From: Prorocentrum cordatum
Lineage: Eukaryota
Length of the DNA: 55,297 nt
Reading direction: 5' to 3'
Assembly (NCBI GenBank): GCA_963575745.1
Contig: CAUYUJ010000168.1
Coordinates: 62,001 to 117,297, forward strand
The position numbers and the translations under genes were made by a program. This document shows positions 51,181 through 55,297 of this stretch, piece by piece. How positions within the stretch are numbered: position 1 is the stretch's first letter; each line of letters opens with the position of its first letter. Below the pieces are notes generated by a model. It was not told the DNA's origin and did not search any database. It was given only the letters and a program-made list of their open reading frames with translations.

Positions 51181-52084
51181 TCCCCCTCCCCCGTCCTCCC
51201 CTTCCCCTTCCTCCTGAGTCCCCATCCCCTTTTCTTCCTCCTCCTCCTCCTCCTCCTCCTCCTGCTCTTCCTCCTCCTCCTCTCCCTCGCCCTCCCCTCC
51301 TCCTCCTCCTCCTCCTCCTTCTCCTCCAATTCCTCCTCCTCCTCCCACTCCAAGAGACCTCCCCTTCTTCCTCTTCATCCTCTTCCTTCTCCCCCTGCTC
51401 TTCCTTCGCCTCCTCCTCTTCCTCCTCCTGCTCTTCCTCGTCGTCCTCCTCCTCCTCCTCCATCGCCTGCTGTTCTCTTCGTGCTTGGGAAATTTGGGCC
51501 TGGGCCCTCGAGAATCGAGGAGGGATGGTCACCACACGTAATCGGAACACGAATGCAACGCTTCTGGCCGTTCCGGCCCCCCAAAAGCCTCTGGGATCTT
51601 CTGGGGTCAGGTTCCGTGGGGACAGCAAGACCCACCACCCGTGCTCCTCCTCCTCCTCCTCCTCCTCCGTCCCTTCCTCCTCCTGATCCTCCTCGCTCCT
51701 CCTAACCTCCTCAACACCTCCCCTCCACATCCCACCTCCCCCATCCCCCATCCCCCCGTCCTCTCTCCATTCCTCTTCCTAATCCTCTTCCTCACTGAGT
51801 CCCCTTTCCCACCCCCTTGCTCTTCCTCCTCCTCTCCTTCTCCTCCTCAGAAAACTAGCTCTTTAACCTCCTCCTCCTCCTACCTCCTTCGTGCTCCTGT
51901 CCTCCTGTGGCTCCTAACCTCCTCCTCCTAGCCTCCTCCCCTCCTCTTCTTCGCCACTCCTCTCCTCCTCTTCCTTCCCCTCCTCCTCCTCCTCCTCCTC
52001 CTCCTCCTCCTCCTCCTCCTCCTCCTCCTCCTCCTCCTCCTCCTCCTCCTCCTCCTCCTCCTCCTCCCCTTTGGTTCTTCCACA

Positions 52085-52314
52085 AAGGGGGTCCAGCTGG
52101 AGGGGGGTGGTGCACATGATTTGGGGTAATTGCATTGCAAATGTATTGCGCCAGAGAATTGTATTGCGTTGTATTGCAACTACTGCATGGCACGCGGAAA
52201 TGCAGCAATACATTGGCGCACTGGAACGTAATGCGCGCCCCCGATTTATTGCAGCCCCTCAAATCTCTTGCACCAGATCTACTGCACCACCCTTTTTTCG
52301 CTGGACTCCCCTTA
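52085..52314. mobile_element. MITE family D
   Basis: AAGGGGGTCCAGC / GCTGGACTCCCCTT ends. Homologous to 7269-7473. Confidence 0.7.
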
Positions 52315-55297
52315 TGGGGTCAACCAGATCCTCCTCCTCCTCCTCCTCCTCCTCCTCCTCCTCCTCCTCTTCCTCCTTTTCCTATTCCTCCTCCTCCGCC
52401 TCCTCCTCCTCCCCCTGCTCCTGCTCCTACTCCTCCTCTCCTCCTTCCTCCTCCTCCTTCCTCCTCCTCCTCCCCCACCCTCCTCCTCCACCCTTCCTCC
52501 CCCTCCACCTCCACACACCACCTCTCCTCCTCCTCCTCCTCCTCCTCCTTCATAACCCTCCCCTCTCCCCCGCGCGGACGCTCCACGCTCCCAGCGCAAC
52601 TCCGCCACACCGCCCAGGCCTCCCGGAACCTCCCGGAACCTCCCCGGGGACCCCTCGGGATGAGGACGCCTCGGGGCACGGCCCCCAGACGTGCCCGCGC
52701 CGCGAGAGGGGAGAAGCCCCCTGCCGCGAGGCTCCTGGCCACCTGGCGGCCTCCGAAGGGCCCCCGCGGAGCCCCGAGGCCGTCCCCAGACGGCCTCGAA
52801 GAAGAGCCCCGAGCGCCGAGCCCCGAGACCGTCAACAAACAGCCCCGAGCCCCGAGCCCCGAGATTCTGGACGAGGAGCCAGCCTCGAAGAGAGGAAGCA
52901 CACAAACAGAAAGGCACAAGCAGAAACGTTCGACGGTCCGCGCGGGCTTCTCGGATCGGCGTGGGGCCTGTCCCCAGCGGCGCTTCCGGCGCCGCCCCTG
53001 GCGCGATCCGCGCGCCAGGGAGGGAGGTTCCGCGCCGATCCAAGAAATCCGCGCGGAACTCAGAACAATTATGCTTATGCAACTTGCGCATTCTTCCTTT
53101 ATCCTCGTCGCCCTGCGCGCCAGAAGTTGTGCTGAGGGCTCTTGGGATGGGGAGATAGCGTCGGCGTGGAGGGCCGTCGAAAAACCCTGGAACCCGCGCG
53201 GAATCCGGGCTCCGACCCACAAGTCTGGCCAGTCTGTGGCCCATTTTGCCCGGGGGGCCGGACAACCGCGACAGTTCAAGCCCTGCATCGTTTATTCCCT
53301 CCTCGACGTCGAGGGGAAGGGGTCGGTACCTCGGGGCCCCGTAGTGGCAAGCAGGCTTTCCGAGCACCAGATGAGTGAGAGGGGAAGGGAGGAGGAGGAG
53401 GAGTAGGAGGAGGAGGAGGAGGAGAGGAGGAGGCTGAGGGGATGGAGGAGTGAGGAGAGAGGAGAGAGAGAAGTAGGAGTAGGAGTAGGAGGAGTAGGAG
53501 GAGGAGGAGGAGGGGTCTGGGGCCCAGCTGCGGCGCTCGCTCCTGGGGGGGGGTGGTGGGGAGGGGGCGTGCGCGGGCCCTGTCGAAGGTGCTGTCCTCG
53601 ACCCCGATGCCGACCAGGCCCTCGCGCAGTCTGTCGAGCCTCTTCCTGCGGGTGCGCGGCGCCAGGTCCGAGGAGGAGGAGGAGGAGGAGGAGGGGGGGG
53701 GGAGGAGGAGGAGGAGGGGGAGGATGAGGAGGGGGAGGAGGAGGAGGAGGAGGAGGAGGAGGAGGTGGCGGAGGTCGACGCTGCGCCTTCTCCTCAAGTG
53801 GTTGACGTCTCCCTCCTCCGACTTTTTTTTCTGCTCCACGTGGCCTGTCCTTTCTGCGCCTCCAGATGCCCCCCCGGGGACCTCCATCTCTTCTCCCTGC
53901 ACAAAGAAATCCTCCCCGTCGCACCCGCAGACGTGTCGGCAGGACGGGCCAGGCGTTTCCTGAGACATCCTCACCACTTACGATCCTGAAACTTGGAAGT
54001 TCGCGACAGCTACAAGGGTGGAATACGGGCCGTTTCCAAAACGGGACTCTCACCTCAACGCCGCGCACATTCGCCTTACCATCTTGCAGCAATTACAAGG
54101 ATGCAGGGCGAGCAGTTTTCAGAGTAGCGCCGAGCGCAGTCGCTTCAACATGTTCCAACAATCGCAAATATGGAAATTTTACTGCTTTGTAAATGCGGGT
54201 CTCGCGGTAGCGCCGCGCACATCCGTCTTAAACACATGCATCATTTACGAGGATGGAGGACGGTTCCTTTCAAAATGGGGTTTCTGCCTTGGCGGCGCAC
54301 ACATACGTTGAAACAGTGAGACAACTTCGAAGATGGAGGGCGGTTCCTGTTCAAAAAGGGGGGCTCGCCTTAGCACCGCGCCACGCACATTCGTTTAAAT
54401 AATTAGCAGCAGGTGCAAACATGGACGACACATTTTCTGGTGTGTCGAACTATGGCTCTCAAAGGAGACGTCCTGGATGTGGACGGTCGGAAGTGGAAGC
54501 TCGTGCAACAGTTGTACGGACGGGCGGCGTTTCTTTCTGCAATCTGGGGGCCTCGCTGGCATCTCCTTGAATTGTATGGCAGTGCCTTTTCTCTTTCCTG
54601 ATTGCGCCCTGTAAGTATGCAGTGCAACTCCTTGCCAAAACGGAACTTTCGCCTCAATGGCAGGTCCACAGGATGCTGTTTCCTGCGGTGAAGAGGAAGG
54701 CTTGTAGGGACTCGTGAGGAAGGGACCTGGGATGTGTGTGTGTGTGTGTGTGTGTGTATCGCAGCATCGCTGATGCATCTTGGGCTTACTTCCTCCTCCT
54801 CCTCCTCCTCCTCCCTCCTCCTGAAGCGGGCGTGCCGCTATAACGTCCTCCTCCTCTTCCTCCTTCGAACATGTGCCTATGCTTTCTGTCTTCTCTTGCG
54901 CCTCCACGTGCCTCCGGGTACCTTTCCTCCTCCTCTTTTTTATTCTTCCTGTTTCATTCGTAATTCATCCTTATGGTGTCCCTGAATGTTGACGCTTGCG
55001 ACAACTGCAAGAACAGAGGAAGGAGGGCTCTCGCCTCAGCGCCGCGCGCACTCGTAATGTCAATCCTTGCAGCAGTTACCAGGGTTGAGGGGTTGTGGTT
55101 TTCGACATTGGACTCTCGCTTCAGCGCCCCGTGCATTGGTCTTCAACGGTCTTGAACGTTCGCAGCAACCGCGTCGACGGAGCGCGGATCCCCTCTTAAG
55201 AGCGGGCTCTCGCCCCACTGCCGCGCACATTCGTCTTAAACGCGTGCAGCAATTGTGAGCGTGGTGAGGAGGGAAAGGAGGAGGAGGAGGAGGAGGA

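Overview
Repeat-saturated, GC-rich eukaryotic genomic DNA. The repeat style and the LINE relics suggest a dinoflagellate such as Prorocentrum, but this is inference only. Most of the window is a nested mosaic of: (GAG/CTC)n, (TAC)n, (TA)n and (GT)n microsatellites; several MITE families (one with 26-bp TIRs and 8-bp TSDs, 7 complete copies plus an orphan end); several Helentron/HINE-like non-autonomous elements carrying internal satellites (73 and 77 bp units); an 83-bp-satellite element family; and degraded non-LTR retrotransposon fragments (AP-endonuclease, CCHC knuckle plus RNase H, post-RT/zinc-finger region). Nearly all six-frame ORFs are artefacts of microsatellites and high GC. The exception is an intronless 372-aa ORF (14182-15300) of balanced base composition. 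It lies in a ~1.5-kb cassette bracketed by ~41-bp direct repeats inside a head-to-tail ~652-bp tandem array. Its C-terminal half has a helix-hairpin-helix-like motif and a terminal LCE motif, reminiscent of phage 5hmdU-hypermodification (aGPT-Pplase-type) enzymes; this is an unverified hypothesis. No rRNA, tRNA or CRISPR array was found. A 100-N scaffold gap lies at 45873-45972.
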